Of a DNA stretch of 64,000 nucleotides, positions 19,122 through 28,246 are shown in pieces. Position numbers and translations under genes: made by a program. How positions within the stretch are numbered: the first letter of the stretch is position 1; each line of letters begins with the position of its first letter. Under the pieces are notes generated by a model, which saw only the letters and a list, made by a program, of their open reading frames with translations, did no database searches and had not been told where the DNA came from. The DNA lies in the NCBI GenBank assembly GCA_963708135.1, contig OY970192.1:320001-384000 (forward strand). The letters are read 5' to 3'. The stretch is from an uncultured Gemmatimonadales bacterium (GTDB lineage Bacteria > Gemmatimonadota > Gemmatimonadetes > Longimicrobiales > RSA9).

Positions 19122-19161
19122 CCGGCACCTTCGCGTCCGCATGCCGGCGCCGGGAGGACGC

Positions 19162-19653
19162 TTACCCCCACCCCTCGTCCGCCGTCGGCCCGTACACCGA
19201 GGGCACGGGCACGTCGAGCAGCCGCAGGTAGACCGTGAGCTGGCCGCGGTGGTGCGCCAGATGGCTGATGGTCGTGCGCACGACCAGCGCGCGCGGCTGC
19301 GTCATGAGCACGCGGTCGCCGTGGCGCAGCGACCAGTCCTCGGCGTAGTCCTCGTCCTCCGACGCGGCAATGGCCTCGCGGGCGGCCGCGGCGTTCCGGT
19401 CGAACCCCCCTAGCAGCGTCTCCGTCGTCTCCGTCGAGTAGCCCTCGGCGGCGCCGAGGTCGAGCGACGGCTCGGCCAGCATGTTGGCGATCCAGCCCGG
19501 CATCCACGACACGAGCTGCGCCAGGTGCGCGAGCGAGAACGACTTCGGGTGCGGCTTCCACTCGCCCTTCTCGCTCGGCACGCGCTCGAGCACCCGCCGC
19601 GTGATCTCCATCTCCTGCTCGAAATCGGGGAGCAGCGTTTCGGCGACGGACAT
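19162..19653 (-). CDS. DinB-family protein
   Basis: WKPHPKSFSLAHLA..HLAHHRGQLTVYLRLLDVPVPSVYGPTADE. Confidence 0.9.
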   Translation of the reverse strand: MSVAETLLPDFEQEMEITRRVLERVPSEKGEWKPHPKSFSLAHLAQLVSWMPGWIANMLAEPSLDLGAAEGYSTETTETLLGGFDRNAAAAREAIAASEDEDYAEDWSLRHGDRVLMTQPRALVVRTTISHLAHHRGQLTVYLRLLDVPVPSVYGPTADEGWG

Positions 19654-19670
19654 GGTTCCTCCCGGTCGGA

Positions 19671-20591
19671 CTATGGGTTGCTTCGCTCCAGCGCCACCCG
19701 GTCCCAGCCGCCCAGCTCGGCGGCCGCGATGTAGGTCTGCAGCAGAAAAGACTCGAGCAGGGAATCGGGATCCCCGGCCGTCCGGACGGCGTCCCAGGGC
19801 AGGATCCACTCCCGCAGCTCGGGCTGGTAGTAGGCGCCGGGGACGGTGAGCGGCCACGTCGCATACCCCTCCGGCTCCGGGTAGGCGTACGAGTAGAACG
19901 CGGGCTCCGGCAGCGCGTCGCTGCCGGGCCAGAAGCCGGCGCTGCTGACCTCGTGCGAGTACGCCTCGCGGACCACCCAGTCGGCCATGTTCGGGACGCC
20001 GCCCGGGTGCTCCGGCGCGCGACGGCCCGAGAAGCGCGTCACCGCCAGGTCGAAGCCGCCCCAGAAGAAGTGCACGGGGCTCGACTTGCCCAGGAAGGCG
20101 CCCCTGAACGCCCGCATCATGCGGTCCGCCTGCAGCAGCACGTGCAGGAAGGCACGAGCGTGGGCCGCGTCGAAGGTGCGGTGCGACTCGTCGCGTTCGA
20201 ACGGGATCGCGTCCTCCACCTCCTGTGGCCGCGTCCAGATGCGCACGGGCAGCCCCAGCCCGTCGAGCGCCGCGATCGTCTCCCGGTAGAACGAGGCGAC
20301 GGAGCGCCCCGCGAGCCCCAGCGCGCGCACGTTCCCCTCGCCCGTCAGCACCCGTAACTCGCCATCCAGGAGGTCGAGGTCGATCTGGAACACCCGCGTC
20401 CCGTGCGGCATCAGGGACGTCGTGAGCCCGCGCGGGGTGACGTAGAGCGTCGTGCCCCACCAGTGGTTGACCATCGGCCCGCACGCCAGCCGGATCTTGC
20501 CCACCACCTGGGTGATCATGTGCAGCGTGGCATACGTGTCGCGCCATGCCTCGAGCGGCAGTGGCGGCCAGGCGGGCTTCGATTCCGCCAT
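19671..20591 (-). CDS. DUF5996 (Ava_C0101-like) protein
   Basis: WRDTYATLHMITQVVGKIRL..NHWW; GKSSPVHFFWGGFDLAVTRFSGR; EAYSHEVSSAGFWPG. Confidence 0.9.
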   Translation of the reverse strand: MAESKPAWPPLPLEAWRDTYATLHMITQVVGKIRLACGPMVNHWWGTTLYVTPRGLTTSLMPHGTRVFQIDLDLLDGELRVLTGEGNVRALGLAGRSVASFYRETIAALDGLGLPVRIWTRPQEVEDAIPFERDESHRTFDAAHARAFLHVLLQADRMMRAFRGAFLGKSSPVHFFWGGFDLAVTRFSGRRAPEHPGGVPNMADWVVREAYSHEVSSAGFWPGSDALPEPAFYSYAYPEPEGYATWPLTVPGAYYQPELREWILPWDAVRTAGDPDSLLESFLLQTYIAAAELGGWDRVALERSNP

Positions 20592-20746
20592 TGCGTGACC
20601 TCCGATAATGAGTGGGATGGCCGACGCTTCCGCGCCCGGCGTGCCGGAGTGGGAGAGTGGGGGAGTGGGGGACCGGGCGACGTTGCCGCCGGCCGCGGGT
20701 GCATCGGCCATTCCGCCCGCCTGGCGGCCGGCAGCTCCATTGCCGA

Positions 20747-21028
20747 TCATATCCGGACCTGAGCCGTCCCCTCGTCGATCGCGTCATCGATGTAGCACCA
20801 GCGCCAGTGCTCGCCGGGCTCGAGGGAGCGGACGACCGGATGCTCGGTGGCGTGGAAGTGCTTGGTCGCGTGGCGGTTGGGCGAGGAGTCGCAGCAGCCG
20901 ACGTGCCCGCATTCCTCGCACAGCCGCAGGTGCACCCACCAGCTGCCCATCGCCAGGCACTCCTCGCAACCGTTCGGTGTGCGCGGCTCCGGCTCCTTCC
21001 GCCGCTCCAGGTGCTCGCAGATCGCCAC
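20747..21028 (-). CDS. UBP-type zinc-finger protein
   Basis: CEHL..GCEECL..WVHLRLCEECGHVGCCDSSPNRHATKHFH..WRWCY. Confidence 0.92.
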   Translation of the reverse strand: MAICEHLERRKEPEPRTPNGCEECLAMGSWWVHLRLCEECGHVGCCDSSPNRHATKHFHATEHPVVRSLEPGEHWRWCYIDDAIDEGTAQVRI

Positions 21029-21500
21029 GGTGCCGTCCTCCTCGGGATCCGAGCGCAATGTAGCAGGCCCGGCAAGGGGGCGGTGGTCCGCGCGCCGGCG
21101 GCCGGGGCGGTTGGGGGGGCGGGGTTGGCCGGCGGGCGTGGGCGGGGTCGGCTGGGGCGGTGGGGGGGCCGGCGGCCGGGGCGGGGGCGGCGGTGGCCGG
21201 GGCGGGGCGAGCGAAATCGGGAAATGGAGGTCTGCGCGGGGCACCGAATCCCGATTTCGATCGGGTTCCGAGTCGAACTCGCGCAACGGACCGGTGGTGG
21301 GCCTGTCGCGAGGCCCGCTATTGCTCGGTTTCCGAGACGAATCGGGATCCCGGGCGGACCGCCTGTGTCGAGTGCGCGATTCTGATCGCCCGCCCACCGC
21401 GCTCACCCGCATACAGCCTTGTATCCCAGAGCGCTGCCCGCTAGTATTGCCTACAATATCGGGGGGCCGGGCCCCGAGCGCGGGAGGCGCGGAGCCGGGC

Positions 21501-21610
21501 CCGCGCCCGGATCCGCGCCCCAGCCCCGGGCCCCGGATCCGCGCCCCGGCCCCGCGCCCGGGGGCCGCGCCCCGGCCCCGCGCCCGGATCCGCGCCCCAG
21601 CCCCGGGCCC
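21501..21610. repeat. GC-rich tandem repeat, about 26-bp unit x4
   Basis: GGATCCGCGCCCC(A/G)GCCCCG-type units at 21509, 21535, about 21561 and 21586. Confidence 0.75.
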
Positions 21611-21688
21611 GGGTCCCGAGCGGGAGGCGCGGCCCCGAGCCCTGAGCCACAGCCGCGCCCGCAGCCCCGAACCCCGGAGACGACCTCC

Positions 21689-23386
21689 ATGCGCAGGATG
21701 CTTCCCCTCGCCGCCGCCGCCGCCCTGGCCGTCCTCCTCCTCGCCGCCTGCGCGCGCGGGCCGACCTACGACGTCGTCATCCGCGGCGGCACGGTCTACG
21801 ACGGGAGCGGCGCGGAGCCGGTGCGCGCGGATGTGGGGATCCTGGGCGACAGCGTGGCGGCGGTCGGGGATCTGTCGGGGGCGCAGGCGGACCGGGTGGT
21901 GGACGCGGCGGGGATGGCGGTGGCGCCGGGCTTCATCAACATGCTGTCGTGGGCGGTGGAGCCGCTGATCGCGGATGGGCGCTCGCAGAGCGACATCCGG
22001 CAGGGGGTCACGCTGGAGGTGTTCGGCGAGGGGGACTCGTGGGGGCCGTGGTCGGACAGCATGAAGGTGCTGATGAAGGCGCAGCAGGGGGACATCAAGT
22101 ACCCGATCTCCTGGACGACGCTGGGCGAGTACCTGGACTTCATGCAGAAGAAGGGGGTGAGCCCGAACATCGCGTCGTTCGTGGGGGCGGCCACGGTGCG
22201 GGAGGACGTGGTCGGCTTCGACGACCGCGCGCCGTCGCCGGCGGAGCTGGACTCGATGCGCGCGCTGGTGGACCGGGCCATGGAGGAGGGCGCGCTGGGG
22301 GTCGGCTCGGCGCTGATCTACGCGCCCGGCACGTACGCGAAGACGCCCGAGCTCGCGGCGCTGGCGAAGGAGGCCGGGAAGTACGGCGGCATGTACATCT
22401 CGCACATGCGCAGCGAGGGGCCGTTCTTGCTCGAGGGGGTGGATGAGTTGCTGACGATCGCGAAGGAGGCGAACGTGCCGGCGGAGATCTACCATCTGAA
22501 GGCGAGCGGTCGCGAGAACTGGGGCAAGATGGACGCGCTGATCGCGAAGGTGGACTCGGCGCGCAAGGCGGGGCTGCACATCACGGCGGACATGTACATG
22601 TACCGCGCGGGGGCGGCGGGGCTGGATGCGGCGATGCCCACGCGGGTGCAGGAGGGCGGGCTCGAGGCGTGGCGCAAGCGGCTTCAGGACCCCGCCATTC
22701 GCAAGCGGGTGGTGAGCGAGATGCGCTCGAAGCCGGTCGGCTGGGAGAGCCTGATGCAGCAGTCGGGCTCGCCGGACCAGGTGCTGCTCATCGCCTTCAA
22801 GCAGGACTCGCTCAAGTACCTGACGGGCAAGACGCTGGCCGAGGTGGCGAAGATGTGGCACGAGAGTCCGGAGGACGCGGCCGTCGATCTGGTGATCAAG
22901 GATGACTCGCGCGTGGGCACCGCCTATTTCATCGCCAGCGCCGACAACCTGAGGAAGCAGGTGGCGCTGCCGTGGGTCAGCTTCTGCTCCGACGAGGGCT
23001 CCTACGCGCCGGAGGGCGTGTTCCTGAAGTCGAAGCCGCACCCGCGCGCCTACGGCACCTTCGCCCGCGTGCTCGGCAGGTACGTCCGCGACGAGCATGC
23101 CCTCACGCTGCAGGCCGCCATCCACAAGCTGGCGGGCCTGCCGGCGACGAACCTCAAGCTGCGCCGCCGGGGCTTCCTCAAGCCCGGGTACTACGCCGAC
23201 GTCGTCGTCTTCGACCCGAAGACCATCCAGGACCACGCCACGTACGACGAGCCGCAGCAGTACGCCACCGGCATGAAGGACGTGTTCGTGAACGGCGTCC
23301 AGGTGCTGAAGGATGGCGAGCACACCGGCGCCACGCCGGGCCGGGTCGTGCGCGGTCCGGGGTGGAAAGGGTGGTCGAAGAGCTGA
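21689..23386 (+). CDS. N-acyl-D-amino-acid deacylase (lipoprotein)
   Basis: Lipobox LAAC; YDVVIRGGTVYDGSG, APGFINM, HMRSEG, HPRAYGTFARVLG. Confidence 0.9.
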   Translation: MRRMLPLAAAAALAVLLLAACARGPTYDVVIRGGTVYDGSGAEPVRADVGILGDSVAAVGDLSGAQADRVVDAAGMAVAPGFINMLSWAVEPLIADGRSQSDIRQGVTLEVFGEGDSWGPWSDSMKVLMKAQQGDIKYPISWTTLGEYLDFMQKKGVSPNIASFVGAATVREDVVGFDDRAPSPAELDSMRALVDRAMEEGALGVGSALIYAPGTYAKTPELAALAKEAGKYGGMYISHMRSEGPFLLEGVDELLTIAKEANVPAEIYHLKASGRENWGKMDALIAKVDSARKAGLHITADMYMYRAGAAGLDAAMPTRVQEGGLEAWRKRLQDPAIRKRVVSEMRSKPVGWESLMQQSGSPDQVLLIAFKQDSLKYLTGKTLAEVAKMWHESPEDAAVDLVIKDDSRVGTAYFIASADNLRKQVALPWVSFCSDEGSYAPEGVFLKSKPHPRAYGTFARVLGRYVRDEHALTLQAAIHKLAGLPATNLKLRRRGFLKPGYYADVVVFDPKTIQDHATYDEPQQYATGMKDVFVNGVQVLKDGEHTGATPGRVVRGPGWKGWSKS

Positions 23387-23415
23387 GGGGGGGAGTGGGG
23401 GAGTGGGGGAGTGGG
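23387..23415. repeat. 8-nt GGGAGTGG short tandem repeat
   Basis: (GGGGAGTG)x3; related tracts at 20646-20672 and 40474-40555, inverted copy at 40711-40726. Confidence 0.75.
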
Positions 23416-23454
23416 TGATGTTCGCGGCGGCCGAACGTTCCCGGGGCCGTGTCT

Positions 23455-24552
23455 TCAGGAAGCTTTTCGGATGGCCGCGATGAGCTCCTGCTTGGACATC
23501 GCGCTGCGCCCCGGAATGTCCAGGTCCTGGGCCCGCTCGTAGAGCGCTGTCTTCGTCTCCTTCTTCAGCTCGGCGGCCGAGGGCGCCGCGCGGTCACCTC
23601 GCGCCGCCGCGTTGCCGCCGACCGTCGTCGCCGCCCGCTGGCCGGCGGCGCGCCGCCTGGCCGCGCGCTTCGGCCGCTTCGCCTTGCCCTCGGCGGCGCG
23701 CAGGCTCTGCTTGATCACCTGCATGAGGTCGATCACGCCGGCCTCGGCCTCCTCCTCCTCCTCCTCGACGGGCTCGGGCGCCACCACGTCCTCTCCCTTC
23801 CGCTTCTTCCTGCGCACGAGGTCGATCAGGCGGCGGGCGGCGTCGTCCTCGAGCTCGGTCGTCTCGATGTCCGGCTTCTCGAGCTTGCGGATCGTCTTCT
23901 CGAGGCGGCGCCGGGCGGCGACGTCGCCCTTGCCGGTCCCGGGCAGGCCGACGGCCTCCGGCGCGCGCACCTCGTCGGCGAAGCGCAGCGTCTCGGCGCG
24001 CAGGATGCCGTTCTCGGCCAGGATGGCGACGAGGTACTCCTTGCCGCGCATGACGAAGGTCGCGATGCCGGCCCGGCCGCGCTTCTCCATCGTCTCCGCC
24101 AGCAGCCGGTAGGCCTTGGTGGACTCGCCGCCGGGCGTGAGGAAGTAGGCGCGCTCGAAGAGGATCGGGTCGATCTGCTCGGCGGGCACGAAGCGGCGCA
24201 GGTCGATGTCGCGCGAGCGCTCGGGGGCGAGGGCCTCGAGCTCGTCGTCGGAGACGAGGACGAAGCGGCCGTCGTCGAGCTCGTAGCCGCGCACGATCTC
24301 CTCGGGCGGCACGTCCTTCCCCGTCTCCGGATCGTAGTAGCGGCGCCGGAGGGGCGTGCCGTCGGGGGCGAGCATGCGCAGCGAGACGCGCTGCGACCGG
24401 TTGGCGGGGAAGAGGTTCACCGGAATGCTGACCAGCCCGAAGGTGATCGTCCCGGACCAGAAGGCGCGGGCGCGGACCTCGTCCTCGTCGAGCGCGTCCG
24501 TCGCACGCCGGCGGTGGCTCTGGCGGACGGCGCCCGTCTCGTCACGCGGCAT
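23455..24552 (-). CDS. ku: NHEJ Ku protein with basic tail and C-terminal Rho_N/HeH-like domain
   Basis: RAFWSGTITFGLVSIPV, IVRGYE, KAYRLL, VIDLMQVIKQSL; tail TKTALYERAQDLDIPGRSAMSKQELIAAI. Confidence 0.92.
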   Translation of the reverse strand: MPRDETGAVRQSHRRRATDALDEDEVRARAFWSGTITFGLVSIPVNLFPANRSQRVSLRMLAPDGTPLRRRYYDPETGKDVPPEEIVRGYELDDGRFVLVSDDELEALAPERSRDIDLRRFVPAEQIDPILFERAYFLTPGGESTKAYRLLAETMEKRGRAGIATFVMRGKEYLVAILAENGILRAETLRFADEVRAPEAVGLPGTGKGDVAARRRLEKTIRKLEKPDIETTELEDDAARRLIDLVRRKKRKGEDVVAPEPVEEEEEEAEAGVIDLMQVIKQSLRAAEGKAKRPKRAARRRAAGQRAATTVGGNAAARGDRAAPSAAELKKETKTALYERAQDLDIPGRSAMSKQELIAAIRKAS

Positions 24553-25330
24553 GGCGGCCCTCCTTCGCGCGGGCCAGGCTGGCCTCGAGCACGCCCGCGA
24601 GCGACTCCTCCGCCGCGGCCGGCTTCTCCTTCGGCCGCTCCAGGCGCACCGTCTTGCCGCTCGCCTTGGCCTCGATCAGCTCGAGCACGCGGTCGCGGTA
24701 GTCGTCGCGGTAGGCGGCGGGGTCGAAGTCGGCCTCGAGCGCCTCGATCAGACGCCCGGCCATCTCGACCTCCTTGCGGTCCGGCGCGCGCCCGCCCGGC
24801 CGCGGGAGCGCCGAGACCGGGACCACCTCGCCCGCGTGGCGCAGCGTGATCAGCATCAGGTGGTCGCCCTCCAGGCGCAGCGCCCCGACGTACTCCTTGC
24901 CCCGCATCACCCAGCGCGCGACGCCCTCCTCGCCGGACTTCCGGAGCGCCGCGACGAGCGCCGCGTACGCCCCTTCGTCGCCATCCGGGCCCAGGAAGTA
25001 GGGGCGGTCGTACCAGCGGTGGTCGATCTTCTCGGGCGGCACGAAGCGGGTGATCTCGACGTCGCGCGAGGGCTTCGGCTCGACCTCCTCGAGTTCCTCG
25101 GGCTCGAGGATGACGAAGCGGCCGTCGTCCAGCTCGTAGCCGCGGCGGATCTCCTCGTACGGGACGACCTCATCCGTGCGCGGGTTCACCATGTGCTGCT
25201 TCACGGGGGTGCGGTCCCTCTCGTCGAGGAGGCGGAAATGGACCGTGCGGTCCTCGACCGCCGAGTACAGCTTGACGGGCACCGTCTCGCCGCCGACGCG
25301 CAGCACGGCCTTCCAGATCGCGCGCGCCAC
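24542..25330 (-). CDS. ku: second Ku protein (core only)
   Basis: ARAIWKA..VPVKLYSAV, IRRGYE, DRPYFLGP, FDPAAYRDDYRDRVLELIEAK. Confidence 0.92.
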   Translation of the reverse strand: MARAIWKAVLRVGGETVPVKLYSAVEDRTVHFRLLDERDRTPVKQHMVNPRTDEVVPYEEIRRGYELDDGRFVILEPEELEEVEPKPSRDVEITRFVPPEKIDHRWYDRPYFLGPDGDEGAYAALVAALRKSGEEGVARWVMRGKEYVGALRLEGDHLMLITLRHAGEVVPVSALPRPGGRAPDRKEVEMAGRLIEALEADFDPAAYRDDYRDRVLELIEAKASGKTVRLERPKEKPAAAEESLAGVLEASLARAKEGRHAA

Positions 25331-25333
25331 CGC

Positions 25334-25549
25334 TCAGCCCTCCGTCCCGCCGGCCGGCGCGCAGTCGGGGCAGAACACCTCGGCCTCGGCACGCACGACC
25401 ACGACGCACAGGGGGCAGACGGGGCCGTCGCAGGCGACGCAGCGGTACTCCACCTCCACCGCGTAGCGCTGCAGGCAGTGCTCGCAGACGTGCCAGCCGC
25501 CCGCCAGCCACCAGGGGCGGCGCTGCTGCTCGGTGGTTTCCCCTTCCAT
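25334..25549 (-). CDS. small 4x CxxC zinc-finger protein
   Basis: CEHC, CVAC, CPLC, CPDC in 71 aa; GGAGG RBS; stop 3 nt before the ku start. Confidence 0.8.
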   Translation of the reverse strand: MEGETTEQQRRPWWLAGGWHVCEHCLQRYAVEVEYRCVACDGPVCPLCVVVVRAEAEVFCPDCAPAGGTEG

Positions 25550-25591
25550 CGCTTGCCTCCCCGCTGCGGAGCGTTCCGGAGCGGGGAGGAG

Positions 25592-25606
25592 GCAAAATCC
25601 CTGCCG
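25592..25606 (-). promoter_or_regulatory. sigma54-type -24/-12 motif
   Basis: CGGCAGGGATTTTGC, 42 nt upstream of the Zn-finger gene. Confidence 0.55.
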
Positions 25607-25699
25607 ACGGCGGGGCGTTGCGAGCCCCGGCCAGTCCGGGGCGGTCGCCGCGTCGGCGGGAACTCCGGAGCGTGGCGGGTGGCGAGGAGGTCCGGCCCC

Positions 25700-27538
25700 C
25701 TACCGCCCGCGATCCCCGAGCGCCCCCAGCAGATAGACCAGATCCGCCGCCACGTCGGTCACCGGCTCGTTGGTGGAGTAGTCGCCGAGGTCGTCATGGT
25801 AGACGATGAAGCCGGTGTTCCAGGGGGCGTACTCGTCCGGGTGCAGCAGCCGGATCCCGAGCAGGCTGGAGTAGATCGAGCGGTAGACGGGGCCGTCCAC
25901 CACGCCGCCGGTGAGCAGCGACACGCCCAGCCGCTCCGAGACGATGGAGTGCGGGTCGGTCGGCGTATCGGCGCCCGCGGGGTAGCCGATGACGAAGGAG
26001 GTGCCCCACGGGTTGGTGCCGAAGAGCCAGTCGAGCGCGGCCTGCTCGAGAGGGCGGTAGCGAGGATCGCCGGTCATGCGCCGGTAGAGATACGCCTGGG
26101 TGGCGGCCGAGATGACGAGGTCGTTCGAGACCCAGATGAAGGGCACGCCGATGCGGAACCCGTTCCGCGCGTGGTCCGCCAGCCGCTCGAGGCCGTGGCG
26201 GTAGTACGCGGCCAGGGTGTCGCGCTCGGCGCCCCGGCTGTCCCGCCACAGCTCGTAGTGGCCGTCGTTCAGGAACGGGAACCACTCGTAGTGGCGGGCG
26301 GTGTCCGCGCCCATCCACGGCTTCACGGGCTGCCTTGCCGCGAAGGCGGCGGCCGCGCGCCGCAGCGCCGGCTGCCGCGACGTCGCGTACAGCTCGGCGG
26401 CGGCCAGCTCCATGTCATCGACCCAGTCCTGCTCCTCGTAGAAGTAGGGCGCGCGACCCGGCGCGGTCTGGCACACGCCGGGGTGCGCGAGCCCCAGCGC
26501 GTAGGCCTCGCCGGCCTTGCGCGCGAGGGTGTCCGCGAACGCCGGGTCGCGGGCGCGCAGCAGCCGGGCGCCGAGCGCCATGGCCGCGGCGAACTTGCCT
26601 GCCGTGTTGGCCAGCCCGTTCGAGCGGTTCCTGTGGCCGAGCAGCCCCTGCGGGTGTCCCGTGCACGGGTAGACCGGGCGGTAGCCGCCCTTTCCCCAGC
26701 CGTAGTCGGAGCTGTCGTCGGTGGGCAGGTCCGGGAAGGCGTGGTCGCGGTCGTCGCCGATCTGGTCCAGCAGGAGGTCCGGCCGCGGGTACATCTTCAC
26801 CAGCCACTCGAGACCGTGGCGCGCCTCGTCCAGCACGTCCGGCTCGCCGTTCGAGCCCGGCAGCCCATCCGCCTGGAAGCGGTCCGCGAACGCGCGCGGG
26901 TGGTCCCGGTATGCCTGCAGCAGCACGAACGTGGCGTGCCCCGAGGTGGTCACGTACTGAAGGTAGTCCGCGGCATCGGCCCAGCCGCCGGCCACGGGGA
27001 TGAAGCGCCCGGAGTCGGGATGGTCCACGAGGATCGCGTCGGTTCCCACGTGGACGGAGTCGTGGAACACCGGGTTCCAGCCGGAGCGCTGCTCGCGCAG
27101 GTAGGAGAGCAGCGTGTCCGCCGCGCCGCGCCAGGTGTCCGCCCCGATGTGCACGGGAGGCGACGTGTCCGCCGCCGCCACCACGCGGTAAGTCCCGCCG
27201 CGGCTGAGCGCCGAGAAGTCGAGGCGGTGCGTGGAGGCGCACGGGCCGAAGCCGCCGGTGGCCACGGCCGGGCTCGGCCCCAGCACCGTCCGGCCGCGCG
27301 CGTCCACCACGCGGAAGGTGCGCAGCACGCGCGGCACGGTCGAGCACGCCACCGCCACCTTCGGCGCACCGGGAAGGTAGCCGACGAGGTTGATCCGGAT
27401 CGCGGAGTGGCCGGTGCCCGCGGCGGCCACGCTGCCCCTTCCGCCGCCCCCTGCCGCGGAGGCTCGCGGGGAGCCGGCGGGGGAGAAGCGGGCGGCCAGC
27501 AGCGCCGCGAGCAGCAGTGGGAGGGGCGGGATCCTCAA
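25700..27538 (-). CDS. glycoside hydrolase family 9 with N-terminal Ig-like domain
   Basis: IRINLVGYLP, GGWADAADY, LFGTNPWG, YHDDLGDYSTNEP. Confidence 0.9.
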   Translation of the reverse strand: MRIPPLPLLLAALLAARFSPAGSPRASAAGGGGRGSVAAAGTGHSAIRINLVGYLPGAPKVAVACSTVPRVLRTFRVVDARGRTVLGPSPAVATGGFGPCASTHRLDFSALSRGGTYRVVAAADTSPPVHIGADTWRGAADTLLSYLREQRSGWNPVFHDSVHVGTDAILVDHPDSGRFIPVAGGWADAADYLQYVTTSGHATFVLLQAYRDHPRAFADRFQADGLPGSNGEPDVLDEARHGLEWLVKMYPRPDLLLDQIGDDRDHAFPDLPTDDSSDYGWGKGGYRPVYPCTGHPQGLLGHRNRSNGLANTAGKFAAAMALGARLLRARDPAFADTLARKAGEAYALGLAHPGVCQTAPGRAPYFYEEQDWVDDMELAAAELYATSRQPALRRAAAAFAARQPVKPWMGADTARHYEWFPFLNDGHYELWRDSRGAERDTLAAYYRHGLERLADHARNGFRIGVPFIWVSNDLVISAATQAYLYRRMTGDPRYRPLEQAALDWLFGTNPWGTSFVIGYPAGADTPTDPHSIVSERLGVSLLTGGVVDGPVYRSIYSSLLGIRLLHPDEYAPWNTGFIVYHDDLGDYSTNEPVTDVAADLVYLLGALGDRGR

Positions 27539-27611
27539 CGGTCACCTCGGCTTGCGTGGACGGAAACTGCGCCGCTCCCCGCCGCCGCGGCGGGTGGAGC
27601 GAGGCGTTCCG

Positions 27612-27626
27612 GGGAATGTATCTTGC
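27612..27626 (+). promoter_or_regulatory. sigma54-type -24/-12 motif
   Basis: GGGAATGTATCTTGC upstream of the PRC-barrel gene. Confidence 0.5.
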
Positions 27627-27691
27627 CCCTCCTCGCACCTCCAAGCGGCCGCCGCGGAAGGCGGCCGGTGCGCTGCCAACGGAGGTCGCCG

Positions 27692-28084
27692 ATGGACCCA
27701 CGCAGGAGGTTTCCCCACCTGGCCCGGCTCTCCCAGACCGGACGCGGCTCCATCAACTTAGCCCGCAATCCCCGCGGCCGGCCCGTCGTGGCGGCCGACG
27801 GCCGCGAGGTCGGCGCGGTGGATGACCTGATCATGGATACCGATGCGGACCGTGTCCGCTACCTCGTCTGCCGCCTGGACTCGGCCGACGAATCCGAGCC
27901 GTCGCCGCGCGTGCTGCTTCCGATCGGGCACACGCGGCTCACGCCGGACGGCCGCGTCCGCCTCCAGCGCTGCACCTCGGAAGAGGTCGAGGAGCTGCCG
28001 CGCTTCCGCGGCTCGCTCGAGGAGGGCTCCGAGGGGATCTGGACGACCTACGGCACGGAGGCCGAGGACGGCTCCTGGCGCTGA
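27692..28084 (+). CDS. PRC-barrel domain protein
   Basis: NPRGRPVVAADGREVGAVDDLIMDTDADRVRYL..VLLPIG; GGAGG RBS. Confidence 0.85.
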   Translation: MDPRRRFPHLARLSQTGRGSINLARNPRGRPVVAADGREVGAVDDLIMDTDADRVRYLVCRLDSADESEPSPRVLLPIGHTRLTPDGRVRLQRCTSEEVEELPRFRGSLEEGSEGIWTTYGTEAEDGSWR

Positions 28085-28246
28085 GGGCGCGGACGACGCG
28101 AGCGCGCTCTGCGATGGCCCTGTTCCTGCTCCCCCCGGGTGTCCGCGGAGTGGCCGGTGATGCCGTACGCACCTTGGCTGGGCCTCCCAGTGGATTCCGG
28201 CGGAGAACGTGATGCCGCACAGCCGACGCCCGGTGGGGCGCTGAAA

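Noticed and set aside
20701..20746. GG-N10-GC motifs upstream of DUF5996
   Set aside because: They lack TTGC; such matches are common at this GC content.
21501..21610. Regular repeats as a possible CRISPR array
   Set aside because: Units are nearly contiguous with no unique 30-40 nt spacers, and there are no cas genes.
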